In this document: positions 37,045-47,280 of the stretch, piece by piece | How the letters are laid out: every line of letters begins with the position of its first letter | Numbering within the stretch: the stretch's first letter is position 1 | IMG/VR virus record: IMGVR_UViG_3300032083_000683 | Span: 6,409 to 70,408 of that record | DNA length: 64,000 nucleotides | Direction: 5' to 3' (one strand) | Source: a virus | The notes under the pieces: generated by a model | The model's database searches: none | What the model saw: the letters and a program-made list of their open reading frames with translations, nothing else | Told to the model about the DNA's origin: nothing | Made by a program: the position numbers and the translations under genes

Positions 37045-38181
37045 TTATCCTAATGCTATTGCAAGAGCAGTTGCTTCATCTCCAATATCACTTGTCAATG
37101 CAACTGTGCCAGTTGAAGTTGGAAGTGTTAGTGTGCCTGTATTTGATATTGAAGAAATTATAGGACTTGTTAATGTTTTATTTGTAAGTGTTTGTGATAC
37201 ATCTGTTCCAACTAATGTTGTAGTTGCAGCTGGTAGTGTTATTGTTTTGTTACCATCAAATTCTGAGTGAGCAGGTGCTTGTATTTCAGCGTAATGTGCA
37301 TTTGCACTCTCACAATAAAATCTTACAACTGATTGAGCTCCACTATTTTTAACATTAATAACACCTGATTCAATCTCTACACCATTACTACCATCAACTT
37401 GAAAAACACCAGTTCCATCTAACGCAACTGCAACATTACCATTAGCTGCATCTGTAATTGTGATTGAGCTAGAGTTTGTTCCTGAATTTGTATTAAGAGT
37501 TAAATCACCAGTTCCATTTGTTGTGATTGTTGCATTTGCATTACTATCACCAACAATTACTGTGTCTGCACTTAATGATACATCACCATTTCCGTTTGGT
37601 GTAATTGATATATTTCCATCTGCACCATCAGGTATAACTATAGAACCAGAGTTTGTTCCTGAATTTGTATTAAGAGTTAAATCACCAGTTCCATTTGTTG
37701 TAATAGTAACATCTTCGTTACTACTTCCTAACTGAACTGTATCTGTTTGTAATGTAACATTACCAGTTCCATTTGGAATAATATCTATGTCTGCGTCTGA
37801 TGTAGATACAATATCATTTCCATTAATATCTAAATCACCACCTAATTGTGGAGTAGTATCACCTACTACATCTGTAGTAACTGTTCCATCAGATGTGACT
37901 ACTATTGTTCCAGTTGAATTTGGAAGTGATATAGTTCTATCAGCAGTTGGATCTACAACTGTTAGAGTAGTTTCAAATGCGTCATCAGTTGCACCCTCAA
38001 AAACAATTTTACCATCTTCTAAAATATTTAATGTTACAACATCACTACTTGTTGTAACAGTAGAAGTAAAAGTTTGTGTTCCAGATTCTAATCCACCAAC
38101 ATCAGTAACAAGATTATTAAATTGTAATCTAAACTGTTCTAGTGTGCTTGAGGTTGTAATTTCTGATGCTGTTATTGCCAT
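37045..38181 (-). CDS. fibre-like virion protein with internal repeats
   Basis: FEGAT.D.FETTL...DPTADRTI.LP, DTTPQLGGDLD.NG, repeated I.PNGTG, ends ALAIALG. Confidence 0.75.
   Translation of the reverse strand: MAITASEITTSSTLEQFRLQFNNLVTDVGGLESGTQTFTSTVTTSSDVVTLNILEDGKIVFEGATDDAFETTLTVVDPTADRTISLPNSTGTIVVTSDGTVTTDVVGDTTPQLGGDLDINGNDIVSTSDADIDIIPNGTGNVTLQTDTVQLGSSNEDVTITTNGTGDLTLNTNSGTNSGSIVIPDGADGNISITPNGNGDVSLSADTVIVGDSNANATITTNGTGDLTLNTNSGTNSSSITITDAANGNVAVALDGTGVFQVDGSNGVEIESGVINVKNSGAQSVVRFYCESANAHYAEIQAPAHSEFDGNKTITLPAATTTLVGTDVSQTLTNKTLTSPIISSISNTGTLTLPTSTGTVALTSDIGDEATALAIALG
37471..37701. repeat. perfect 54-bp direct repeat, 177-bp period
   Basis: AGAGTTTGTTCCTGAATTTGTATTAAGAGTTAAATCACCAGTTCCATTTGTTGT at 37471-37524 and 37648-37701. 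Confidence 0.9.
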
Positions 38182-38408
38182 TAGTTTTTATCCAGTAAAG
38201 TTTTTAACATTGATTTAATTTCGTGCATTTCACATTTAATGTTATTTATCTCTCTTGATGCGTTTCTTATTTCATCTCTTTGTCTTTGTGCATCAGCAGC
38301 TCTTCTTTTTGCCATCTGATACGCAGTTTTATCAGTATTAACAATTGCGTTAGTTTTTGTATCTCTAACTAAATTACTATAACCTTCAACTTTTAAATAT
38401 TCACTCAT
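38181..38408 (-). CDS. conserved small protein downstream of the VrlC-like gene
   Basis: KVEG.SNLVRD..TNAIVN.D...EI..IK....EIKSML; start MSEYL. Confidence 0.7.
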   Translation of the reverse strand: MSEYLKVEGYSNLVRDTKTNAIVNTDKTAYQMAKRRAADAQRQRDEIRNASREINNIKCEMHEIKSMLKTLLDKN

Positions 38409-38409
38409 A

Positions 38410-41400
38410 CTATGTTGCCAATGCAATTGCTCTTAAATCTTTAATTCTTGGTGGATTAGCTGCATCTGTTCCTTGCATAACAATCTTAATTTGAAAAGAT
38501 ATGAACTCATCAAGTGCATCACCAATACCATCATCTTTAATCCCAGCAGAGAATGAATACTCTTGGAAATCATCCTTACCTAAAGAATTTGGTGGAACTG
38601 TGTCTGCAAGTCCAGTATCATTAAAGAATGTATATCCTAATTCATCAAGACTAGATGTATCATCAGTTCTTAATATTTTGAACAATACTTTTATCTCCGA
38701 AGTATTTACTTTATTTGCAGAGAAAAACACTCTTAATGCAGTAGCAGGATTTTCTAGCTGAACTGATTTTGTTATATAAATTGCAGAATTATTATCACCA
38801 TCAGGCTCGGTAGACGGAGCATAATCTGAGGTAGGATAAACATCTGATGAACTATCTATGTTATCTAATCTATTTGCAACTAAAACAGTAGATGCTCTAT
38901 CTAAATCAATTACTGGTGAAACATTAGAGTTTGTAGTATTAAGTGTAAGTATAGTTTCTAGCGACTTAACCGAACTCATTTCATTTGCCTCATTAATATT
39001 TGATGCAACCATTTTACTTATATCATGTTCAAAGTTTTCACCAATCGGTACAAAAGTATTAGTAGTTTCTTTTGTAAATGAAGTTTCTGTTCCAGATGGA
39101 CTTGTTGCAGTTGTTCCTTTTATAGCTGCAGTTATAACAGTATCCTCAACTTCCATAGTATTTAAAACAGTTTTAGTAAGCTCATATCTATAATTTTCAG
39201 ATGCATAAACATTTATTCCACCGACTTCTGTATCAGTAGATGCACCAGTTACTGATGCAGATGTTGATAATGCAATTGTATATGAATCCATCTGTATGTT
39301 TGCAATAGCAGTATGAGTTTTATTAATCTCTGTAAGTGGAACACTATTAATCATATATAACTCAATTGTTGCATCATCTGAGTGTGCAACAGCTGTTGAG
39401 CCACCTTGCCCTCTGGTAATACTTGATAATGTTGTTCCAGATATTGTTCCAGACATTATTTCGTTACTAATTTTAATATGAACTGTTCCTGAACTTGGAA
39501 AATTAGTTGATGATGTTAGAGTTAAAGTTGTTGCAGTATCAGTTATTGCACCATCTAATGTTGTTGATATTCCAGATGTAACACCAGTAATTGTTACATT
39601 ATTAGATGTGCTGTACATTCCATGATCTCTATGCTTTACTTTTGCAACAGCAGAACTATTAGTTAAAATAATTGGATTTGAAAGTAATCTTGCACCATAA
39701 ACAGTTGAACCAATTTCATTTGTAACTGCCTGTCCAATAATATCATTTTGTAATGTGACTGTTCCAGGCGTTGTTGAGAAATTAGCTGCATGTAAAGTAA
39801 ACTTCATGTCTTGAGATTGAACTGCATCCCAAGTTGTATTATTCTGTGATTTAAACAATGAACCTAAATGTGGTTGTGTTGATATTAAACGATTAGAGCC
39901 AGACACATCTTTTTCACCCATTTGTGCAATCCACAATTTGTAATCTAAACTATTTGACATTACAACAAAACAATATTCTGTTCCCTCTTGTATATAAACT
40001 GGAGAATCAAAAGTAAATGTGGTTACAGCAAGTCCATTGTCTGGATCTAAAGTAACATCTGATGGCTCTAAAACTTTTCTACCAAATGGTAACAGTTTAG
40101 GGCCTGGATAACCATTGATAACATTTCTTACTTCTACCCAAACTGGTAAATCGTTATCTTTTTCAGAGAAAAATAAATCTAGTTTTGTTAAGAAAGAGCC
40201 ACCTCTTTTATATGTGATAAATGTTTGTGCAAGTGGATCACCACCTTTATTGTGTACAACAATAAATTCATCATGCTCTTTCATTTTAACCATGTAAGTA
40301 TGATTACCAGTTAAAACAAAGTTATATAATTGTAAATCTCTTTTATCTTCTAGGTACTCTATGGAAGTAACTTCAATAGTTTTATCTCCCTCACCAATTA
40401 ACATATCACCAATTTCTAAAGTTTTTAACTCTATTTTATTTCTATCTAAAACACCTTTATGAATAATTTTAGACTTTTCAGCATTTGGTGCTTTCCACCC
40501 ATCTGTTGTTAAAAACATATGGTCTTCAGATGCATCATATCCACCATTATTTAAACTTACCATTCTTAAAGGAGTTTCTATTGCAATATCGTCATCACCT
40601 AAAAGTGGCCTATGGAATTGTAAAACTTCATTAATCATTCCATCTTGTCCAACAAGTTTATCACCTATTTCTACATCCTCAATATTCTTTTCAATTCCAC
40701 CCTCTAGTAAAACTTTTGTTTCACCTCTAAAGCATCTATTATGAACTAGCCAACCATTTGCATAATATGTTTTATCCCCATCAAGAGAAAAATTGTAAAC
40801 TGGTGTATCACTATCAACATCTTTTGTTTGAATAGAATTAACAACCACAGAATTACCATCGTGAGTTACAATTTCATCACCAAGTTTAAACTCCGTTGTA
40901 TTAAGTTCTTTATACCATGGCTTATCATTTGCCATTTCTGGATTAACAACTTTCCACCCATTGTTTGTCATTATAGGGTGGTCTTCTGTAAAGAAAAATT
41001 CACCATCATTAATAGATACTAATTTTCTTCCATCAGCAATTGCATGCTGTAAATGTATTACTGTATTATAAGAACCTTTTGAATTTAAAACTCTATCACC
41101 AACAACAATATGTTCAATATCTTTATAATCACCATTTTCAAGTAACACTTTTGTTCCAGCAATAAAACAAATTGATGCAGGCCTATTTTCTCTAATTGTA
41201 CTTGTTGATGTAAATTTACTTGTTGTTTGGTTTACTGATGTTTGAACAACTCTCGCATTTCTAGTTGAGATAATTGTTTCTTGCTCAGTTTCTATTACAC
41301 CCTTTGCAGTATATATTTCTTGTCCGGCTGTTAAAGGTAGTGTTGACCTATCGTCAGTTGAGCTTGATGTTAATCTAAATTCTACATCACCTGATTTAAA

Positions 41401-44400
41401 TTTAGGCACAGCTTGTTGCCCTGCAAATCTATATTCTGGTATTCTAAATGTAAACTCTACTTTACCAGCACCATTTGTAACTAATGCACTACCCTCAACT
41501 GGATTATTACTATCAGAAAATTCTGATGAAGATGGAGTAATGAACTGACTAACAGCTGTTCTATCAAAGTATGCATAAAGTCTAGTTCCTGGCCTAAAAC
41601 ATTCACCAGTTATAGTAATAGTTCTTGGGCGAACAAATGGAATTAATGCTCTTGATATAATTCTTTTACCTTGAGATTCATGCTCAACATGTTCAACAAC
41701 TGATGTTCTTACACCAGTTCTTTTTAAATCTGTTCTTGATGTTGTAGTCGTTCTAGTGCCTGATCGCACACTTGGAACTTGTTGACCCCAACGACCAGTT
41801 GTTGTAGTTCTTACACTTGTTCTTTCAGTTTTTGTGCTAACAACACCAGACCATTGTGTTTCCCAATTGTTCCAAACTGTTCCTAAAGCTCCAGAGTTTT
41901 TTAGTGCATTTTTAACGCTGTCAAAGTTACCCTCACGATTAATTATAAGTGCTGGTGCTTCTTCGGTTTCAAACCATTCATCACCACTTGGTGATAGTGT
42001 TATTTTACCAACCCATTCTTGTATCAAATAAGTTTGAACATTTTCAACTCTTGTTGCATACGGCTGTTTAATTAATTCCTCATGCGTGTAAGGTAAAGTC
42101 AATAAATCACCAGTTTTTTGATAACCAGCAGATGCTCTTGCAGTGTCTGTAGTTGCAAGCTCAGTAAGTGAAGAATTTCTCATTACACAAATTGGACGAG
42201 CTTCATTCTCCTCCATATCAATTGCAATTTTATAATCCTTATTTAAAGTATCACCAACTTTATGCCCAGAAAAATTATCTACAATGAAACCAGATTTAAA
42301 TCTGTCTAATCCATTTGCATCTTGAATCTGGAATGATTCTGCATCTCTTTCTAATAAATTAAGTGCAGTATAAAATTCTAAATTTTCTATTCTTTCTTGT
42401 AATCTACCAATATCTCTCATGGTAAATCTTTGTGTTTTATACCTTTGTATTTTCATTCCATTTGCAACTTCTGTAAATGCTGGAATGTAAATAGTTGCAA
42501 GTTTCATTGCATTGTCTATATCTTTTGGCTCTGTTGGATCTTCAGCAGATACACCCTCTACTACTTTAAATTCACCATCTGGTAGTAAAAATACTGATGC
42601 AAATTTATTAAGAAAAAATTCAAAATCATTTGTCATTGCAGCACCAGGCTGTGGTGTATCAACGACAACTGCACCAGTTGAATCAAATGTTCTATTTGTG
42701 TGATTAAATGAATTTCCTGTGATTTCATCAACTGCTGTAATTACAGTTGACGCACCAGTTACATTTGAAACAGTAGGCCTAAAGTCTACACTATTTCTAA
42801 GTTCAAATGAACCTGATGGCTCTGGATCGTCTGGGTCAATTTTTGTCGCACTATAGTCTGGTATATCTGCATAATTCATTTGCCCAGAAACAGAGGAATA
42901 AGAATCAACAGAGAAAAAGTCTCCAGCACCATGCTCAAAAAAGTCATAAACAATTAACAGTCTACCTCTTGGAGCTGCAACGCCAGGTTTTCTAACTAAT
43001 CTTGAAATATCGTAATAAGTATCTCTTTGTCCATTGTCTAATGTAAAGTTACTTGTAATCACTTTACTACCAGCAGTAACACCACCAGTATCAATTGTTG
43101 CAGTTGCACCTGAGTGAACACCAGTAATTGTTTCACCAGCAATGAAATCAGTCGCACCAAATCCACCAATTAAAACATATTGCAATGGACTTGCAGTTGT
43201 GATTAATCTACCTTTAGCACCAGATGTTCCACCAGTAATTCTTTCACCTCTTTCAAATACACCAGTTGCAGAAGATATAGTAAGTGTTGGTGCAGTTGCG
43301 TCTGTAGAAGTATCCTCTGAATCAAATACTGCATTGAGTCTGAATACATCTGCACGGCCAAAAGAAATAGTTTTATCTGCTGGCCTTGTTCCAAATGCAT
43401 CTGTAGCACCAGTAGTAACTTTCAATTGCTTCATCAATTGAGTAGTTTTAATCTTTGGTTGCTGTGCAGATTTTGTAAGTGTTGCTAAAACTTTAACTTT
43501 TGCACCAGATCCAAATACAGTATTATCTGTAATTGTAAGTGTTTGTGTTCCAGTTCCAGAAGTATTACCACTTGCAGAAACTATATCACCAGCTGCACCA
43601 CTACCAGTTCCAGCTGTAATAATTGAAACAAGGTAATCTTTTTCTGCAAAAGTAACAAATGTTTCATTTGTTCCAGCACTTAAAGTTACAACACCAGATG
43701 CGTTTGATGTTGCGACAAATTGTGTTCTTGCATTAAATGATGTATCACTTGCACCACTGTTTGATTCTGTTTTAAGTGTCTTAATTGGTTCTTTAGGTAA
43801 TTTGAATACTGCAATAGATTTTTCTGAATCTCTTACTTTAGCTTCTTCTTGAACTTCTAGTCCAACTGCAAAACCTTGAGCATCTGTATTACCTGTTTCA
43901 AAAACTATACGATCAACTGGGTCAGCATCATTATTAAATCCACCACCTCTAAACACTGCATCATCATCTGTTCTTTCTAAAAGAATGTCAGCTGAAAAGT
44001 TTGTAGTAGTTGAACCACCTTGTATTTGTCTTGCTTCTCTTAATTGATTTGTTTCTATGGAAACAATTGTTAAATCTGTATCAGTAGCATCTTCTACAAT
44101 TAAATCTGTTTCAGATGAATCTGATGCTTTGATTTTTTCTCCAGCTGAAAATTTACCTACAACTTGAGTTAATATAACTTTATCTCCAGATGTTCCAGTT
44201 GGGAATACAAATCCTGTCGCACCAGAAGTGTTGCCTGTAACTTGAACACCACCATTAGAATGATTTGCAAGTAAAGTTGCACTTGGAGTTCCAGACATTG
44301 TTAATGTCGTAAACATTTGAGTATCAAATACTGACAACTTATAAACTGATTCTGTATTTGAACTTGTTGCGCCTGGAGTTTGTCCTTGCTCAAATTCCAT

Positions 44401-45744
44401 GAAACGAGCTCGTGTGACACCAATTTGCCTACCAGCACTAGAACCTCTAGTTGTTGTTCTTTCTGTAAATAAGCCTATTTGACTATAGGGTGTTGTTTCA
44501 CCTGAAATATTAGATATATCTGGAGTACCAAATACATTTGTAAGTCTAAGTGTATTACCAACTTCTAAGTTTGTAACACCAGCATTAATTGTTTGAAAAT
44601 CTCTTGCTTTATCTATGTCTATGAGTTTTGTTGCAATTTGCTCAACTTCGTAACCTTTTACATATGCTTTTCCTGGCGATACTGAAAGTGTAAATAAAGA
44701 TTCTGACGCAGTATTACCATCATTAGTTGTTGCACCAGCAGTATAAGTTCCAGTAAAATCTTGCCCCTTAACTGTTGTGTCAACACTTTCTTTTGCATCA
44801 AAAATAAAAGGAACTACTGTATAATCTCCAGATTCATCAAATGTTCTTCTTGCAAGAGTATCACCTAAAACTGAATATTCAGTTGCTTGAACATGAGAAA
44901 CTATAACTCCGTTATCTATTCTCATTAACTCTATAAAATTTGTATCAGCGGTAGAGTCAAAGTCTAACTTTGAAAGTGTTAATGATACTTTTAATCTATG
45001 AGCTCCTTTAGCTGCATAGTTTGATGAGCCAGTTGCATTGTCTGTAAGAGTTGCATCTATCTCTGGTGTAATAAGTTCCTCTGTAACTGTAAAACCAATT
45101 CTTGCAGTTTCTGTTGTTGAATTAACACTCAATGGTAAAGTTTGCTCTGCACATTGTACAAACTGCCCTCGTATAAAATAAATTCCTTTGTCTACTTTTA
45201 CTGATGAACCAGTCTGTGATGCGTTAGATGAAAAAGTTGTTCCAGATGCAACACCAGAACCATATGTCGTTGTGTGTGTTACACTTGCATCAGCAGTAAT
45301 ATTTTCACTATTTGAAAAGACTCCAGAAGTTAAATCTGTTCCAGTCTGTATATAATAGATGTATAAAATTGGTTGTGTTGTAGTAGTTGCAGCTTGAAAT
45401 CCAATTACCTTTGCTTTAACACCAGAAGTTACGCCTGTAATTATTACTGGTGTAGTTGCATTATAAAATGATTCTGGTTTAATTGTTTCACCAGCAAATG
45501 TTGACTCTAATTGTAATGTATCAAATCTATCAGAGTAGGATACTTGGCCAGGTATGACCATTGCACCCTCTTTAAACATATGATTACCATGTCTTTCAAC
45601 TTGATTTTGAAGTATGGATTGAAGTTGTGTTAATTCTCTTGCCTGAACTGCATATCCAGGCCTAAAAAGAATACGATGAAATAAATCGTCTTGGTCAAAA
45701 TCGTCATAATAAGGTACTACATTTAAATCGGTAATTTGTGGCAT
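38410..45744 (-). CDS. VrlC-like (DUF4815-type) giant baseplate/virion protein containing two tandem Hint domains
   Basis: PYYDDF...FRPG..VQARELTQLQS, GAHRLK, RRTFDESGDY, RFTMRDIG, DPLAQTF, C-terminal PRIKDLRAIAL; follows gp8. Confidence 0.88.
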   Translation of the reverse strand: MPQITDLNVVPYYDDFDQDDLFHRILFRPGYAVQARELTQLQSILQNQVERHGNHMFKEGAMVIPGQVSYSDRFDTLQLESTFAGETIKPESFYNATTPVIITGVTSGVKAKVIGFQAATTTTQPILYIYYIQTGTDLTSGVFSNSENITADASVTHTTTYGSGVASGTTFSSNASQTGSSVKVDKGIYFIRGQFVQCAEQTLPLSVNSTTETARIGFTVTEELITPEIDATLTDNATGSSNYAAKGAHRLKVSLTLSKLDFDSTADTNFIELMRIDNGVIVSHVQATEYSVLGDTLARRTFDESGDYTVVPFIFDAKESVDTTVKGQDFTGTYTAGATTNDGNTASESLFTLSVSPGKAYVKGYEVEQIATKLIDIDKARDFQTINAGVTNLEVGNTLRLTNVFGTPDISNISGETTPYSQIGLFTERTTTRGSSAGRQIGVTRARFMEFEQGQTPGATSSNTESVYKLSVFDTQMFTTLTMSGTPSATLLANHSNGGVQVTGNTSGATGFVFPTGTSGDKVILTQVVGKFSAGEKIKASDSSETDLIVEDATDTDLTIVSIETNQLREARQIQGGSTTTNFSADILLERTDDDAVFRGGGFNNDADPVDRIVFETGNTDAQGFAVGLEVQEEAKVRDSEKSIAVFKLPKEPIKTLKTESNSGASDTSFNARTQFVATSNASGVVTLSAGTNETFVTFAEKDYLVSIITAGTGSGAAGDIVSASGNTSGTGTQTLTITDNTVFGSGAKVKVLATLTKSAQQPKIKTTQLMKQLKVTTGATDAFGTRPADKTISFGRADVFRLNAVFDSEDTSTDATAPTLTISSATGVFERGERITGGTSGAKGRLITTASPLQYVLIGGFGATDFIAGETITGVHSGATATIDTGGVTAGSKVITSNFTLDNGQRDTYYDISRLVRKPGVAAPRGRLLIVYDFFEHGAGDFFSVDSYSSVSGQMNYADIPDYSATKIDPDDPEPSGSFELRNSVDFRPTVSNVTGASTVITAVDEITGNSFNHTNRTFDSTGAVVVDTPQPGAAMTNDFEFFLNKFASVFLLPDGEFKVVEGVSAEDPTEPKDIDNAMKLATIYIPAFTEVANGMKIQRYKTQRFTMRDIGRLQERIENLEFYTALNLLERDAESFQIQDANGLDRFKSGFIVDNFSGHKVGDTLNKDYKIAIDMEENEARPICVMRNSSLTELATTDTARASAGYQKTGDLLTLPYTHEELIKQPYATRVENVQTYLIQEWVGKITLSPSGDEWFETEEAPALIINREGNFDSVKNALKNSGALGTVWNNWETQWSGVVSTKTERTSVRTTTTGRWGQQVPSVRSGTRTTTTSRTDLKRTGVRTSVVEHVEHESQGKRIISRALIPFVRPRTITITGECFRPGTRLYAYFDRTAVSQFITPSSSEFSDSNNPVEGSALVTNGAGKVEFTFRIPEYRFAGQQAVPKFKSGDVEFRLTSSSTDDRSTLPLTAGQEIYTAKGVIETEQETIISTRNARVVQTSVNQTTSKFTSTSTIRENRPASICFIAGTKVLLENGDYKDIEHIVVGDRVLNSKGSYNTVIHLQHAIADGRKLVSINDGEFFFTEDHPIMTNNGWKVVNPEMANDKPWYKELNTTEFKLGDEIVTHDGNSVVVNSIQTKDVDSDTPVYNFSLDGDKTYYANGWLVHNRCFRGETKVLLEGGIEKNIEDVEIGDKLVGQDGMINEVLQFHRPLLGDDDIAIETPLRMVSLNNGGYDASEDHMFLTTDGWKAPNAEKSKIIHKGVLDRNKIELKTLEIGDMLIGEGDKTIEVTSIEYLEDKRDLQLYNFVLTGNHTYMVKMKEHDEFIVVHNKGGDPLAQTFITYKRGGSFLTKLDLFFSEKDNDLPVWVEVRNVINGYPGPKLLPFGRKVLEPSDVTLDPDNGLAVTTFTFDSPVYIQEGTEYCFVVMSNSLDYKLWIAQMGEKDVSGSNRLISTQPHLGSLFKSQNNTTWDAVQSQDMKFTLHAANFSTTPGTVTLQNDIIGQAVTNEIGSTVYGARLLSNPIILTNSSAVAKVKHRDHGMYSTSNNVTITGVTSGISTTLDGAITDTATTLTLTSSTNFPSSGTVHIKISNEIMSGTISGTTLSSITRGQGGSTAVAHSDDATIELYMINSVPLTEINKTHTAIANIQMDSYTIALSTSASVTGASTDTEVGGINVYASENYRYELTKTVLNTMEVEDTVITAAIKGTTATSPSGTETSFTKETTNTFVPIGENFEHDISKMVASNINEANEMSSVKSLETILTLNTTNSNVSPVIDLDRASTVLVANRLDNIDSSSDVYPTSDYAPSTEPDGDNNSAIYITKSVQLENPATALRVFFSANKVNTSEIKVLFKILRTDDTSSLDELGYTFFNDTGLADTVPPNSLGKDDFQEYSFSAGIKDDGIGDALDEFISFQIKIVMQGTDAANPPRIKDLRAIALAT
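40249..40734 (-). other. Hint domain 2 (162 aa, CFRGET...VVHN)
   Basis: N-terminal Cys block A, SEDH block B, LYNF block F, terminal HN followed by K. Confidence 0.85.
40738..41169 (-). other. Hint domain 1 (144 aa, CFIAGT...LVHN)
   Basis: CFIAGTKV block A, TEDHP block B, VYNF...TYYANG.LVHN blocks F/G, followed by R. Confidence 0.9.
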
Positions 45745-45746
45745 AT

Positions 45747-47246
45747 TTAAAACTCTATAATTAATTTAATATCTTCGGTTTGATCCGAATCTCGTTGAAT
45801 TGGTTTTCTATTTTCTAAGTAGACAATGTTTCCACTATCTGGTTGTAACTCTGGATTTGCATATCCTGATGTTAAGGTTAATGTGTTATTATTTGCAAGT
45901 GTTACTGTCTCTGTTGTTCCTGATGTTGTTCCAGTTGCACCAGATGTTCCACCAGTTATTTGGTTTGCTCCACTAAATACAGTCAGTCCACTATTTGTAG
46001 CACTAGTTCCAAATCCAGAAAATCTCTCTTGTTGAAAATATAAAAGTTTGAGTGTGCTATCCCACTCTACCACTTTACCTACTGCTCCTGTAGTTGCTTG
46101 AGTAATTTGTTCGTCTGCCTCAAATGTTCCACTGTTGGTATCAAGTTTAACAACAAAGGTTTGTCTTGCAGTTGTAGAAGATGCAATGGTAGAAGTTCCA
46201 TATGTTGTTGGGTCTACCACAAGTCCTACTTGCCTGAAATCATTTTGAGTCGTTACATCGTCACCCTCTGCTTGTGTAAGTGTTACTGCACTCATTACAA
46301 AGTGTCCACCTAACTCCCCAATCGCATCATTACCATGCCCACCCTTTGGACTGATGACGACATTAATTGCACCACCAGTTCCACTACCTAAAGTAGATGA
46401 TGTTGACAAAGAAGCATCAGAAAAAATAAAATCATCACCAAGATTGACTGTTCCAAAAGTATATCCAGCTCCACCAGCGTGAATTGTTGTATCTGTTCCA
46501 GCAGTCAATCCAAAAGATGCAATTGCACCACTTGAAACAGTAATTCTAACTATTGCACCAGATGATGTTCCTTGACTTGTTCCATCACCAAACACAGCTG
46601 CATAGTATGTTCCGTCTGTATATCCAGAGCCAGCAGTTACAACTAATGATTCTATTTTACCATCTGTTGCAGCTGCAGCTACAGTTGTATCATTAGAAAC
46701 AGGCATATAATCAGTGGTTAAATATTTTGCAGCTTCAGATGCAGTTATGGAATACATATATTTAAGAACATAACCACCTGAAGCAAATGGTGAGGTTGAT
46801 TCTGATGTCGGTTCAGCACCAGAAAATGCAGCTCCACCATTATTATCTAAAACTTTGTAAACTCTATGGTCAGAAGTCATAAAGAAAAATGTTGAATCAT
46901 ATAAATTTGATGCACCAGAAGATGAGGTGTTTGAAGAACTTATGTTATGCTCATACATGTCATAAATTGTTCCGTTTACCCAATTTCTTCTTGGTAATGC
47001 ATAGGTAATATCTGTTGATGCGATTTTTTTTGCAGCTAACATAGAATCCCATGCATAAAATTCTGTTTCTCCTACTGCATCAGCAGGAGTTGGTGGAGAA
47101 CTGTCACTACCAGTTGTAGTTGCAGTTGTAAATGCAGTTGCTTTTCCTATGAAAAGATAATATGTTGATGCAGATGCTTCTGTGAAAGATTCAAAGAATT
47201 GATCTGCGTTGTGTTGCCTAAATTTTTCTGTTATAATTGCCGACAT
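45747..47246 (-). CDS. gp8: baseplate wedge subunit gp8
   Basis: MSAIITEKFR, RVYKVLDN, GYVLKYMY, P.GGHG, Y.ENR.PI.R...QTEDIKLIIEF. Confidence 0.9.
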   Translation of the reverse strand: MSAIITEKFRQHNADQFFESFTEASASTYYLFIGKATAFTTATTTGSDSSPPTPADAVGETEFYAWDSMLAAKKIASTDITYALPRRNWVNGTIYDMYEHNISSSNTSSSGASNLYDSTFFFMTSDHRVYKVLDNNGGAAFSGAEPTSESTSPFASGGYVLKYMYSITASEAAKYLTTDYMPVSNDTTVAAAATDGKIESLVVTAGSGYTDGTYYAAVFGDGTSQGTSSGAIVRITVSSGAIASFGLTAGTDTTIHAGGAGYTFGTVNLGDDFIFSDASLSTSSTLGSGTGGAINVVISPKGGHGNDAIGELGGHFVMSAVTLTQAEGDDVTTQNDFRQVGLVVDPTTYGTSTIASSTTARQTFVVKLDTNSGTFEADEQITQATTGAVGKVVEWDSTLKLLYFQQERFSGFGTSATNSGLTVFSGANQITGGTSGATGTTSGTTETVTLANNNTLTLTSGYANPELQPDSGNIVYLENRKPIQRDSDQTEDIKLIIEF

Positions 47247-47280
47247 AGTTTAAAACCCTTTAGTTTATTTATACAATAAT

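Noticed and set aside
40249-41169. Canonical mobile inteins with a homing endonuclease
   Set aside because: Both domains are only 144-162 aa with no LAGLIDADG or HNH insert, and the +1 residues are R and K; reported as BIL-like Hint domains instead.
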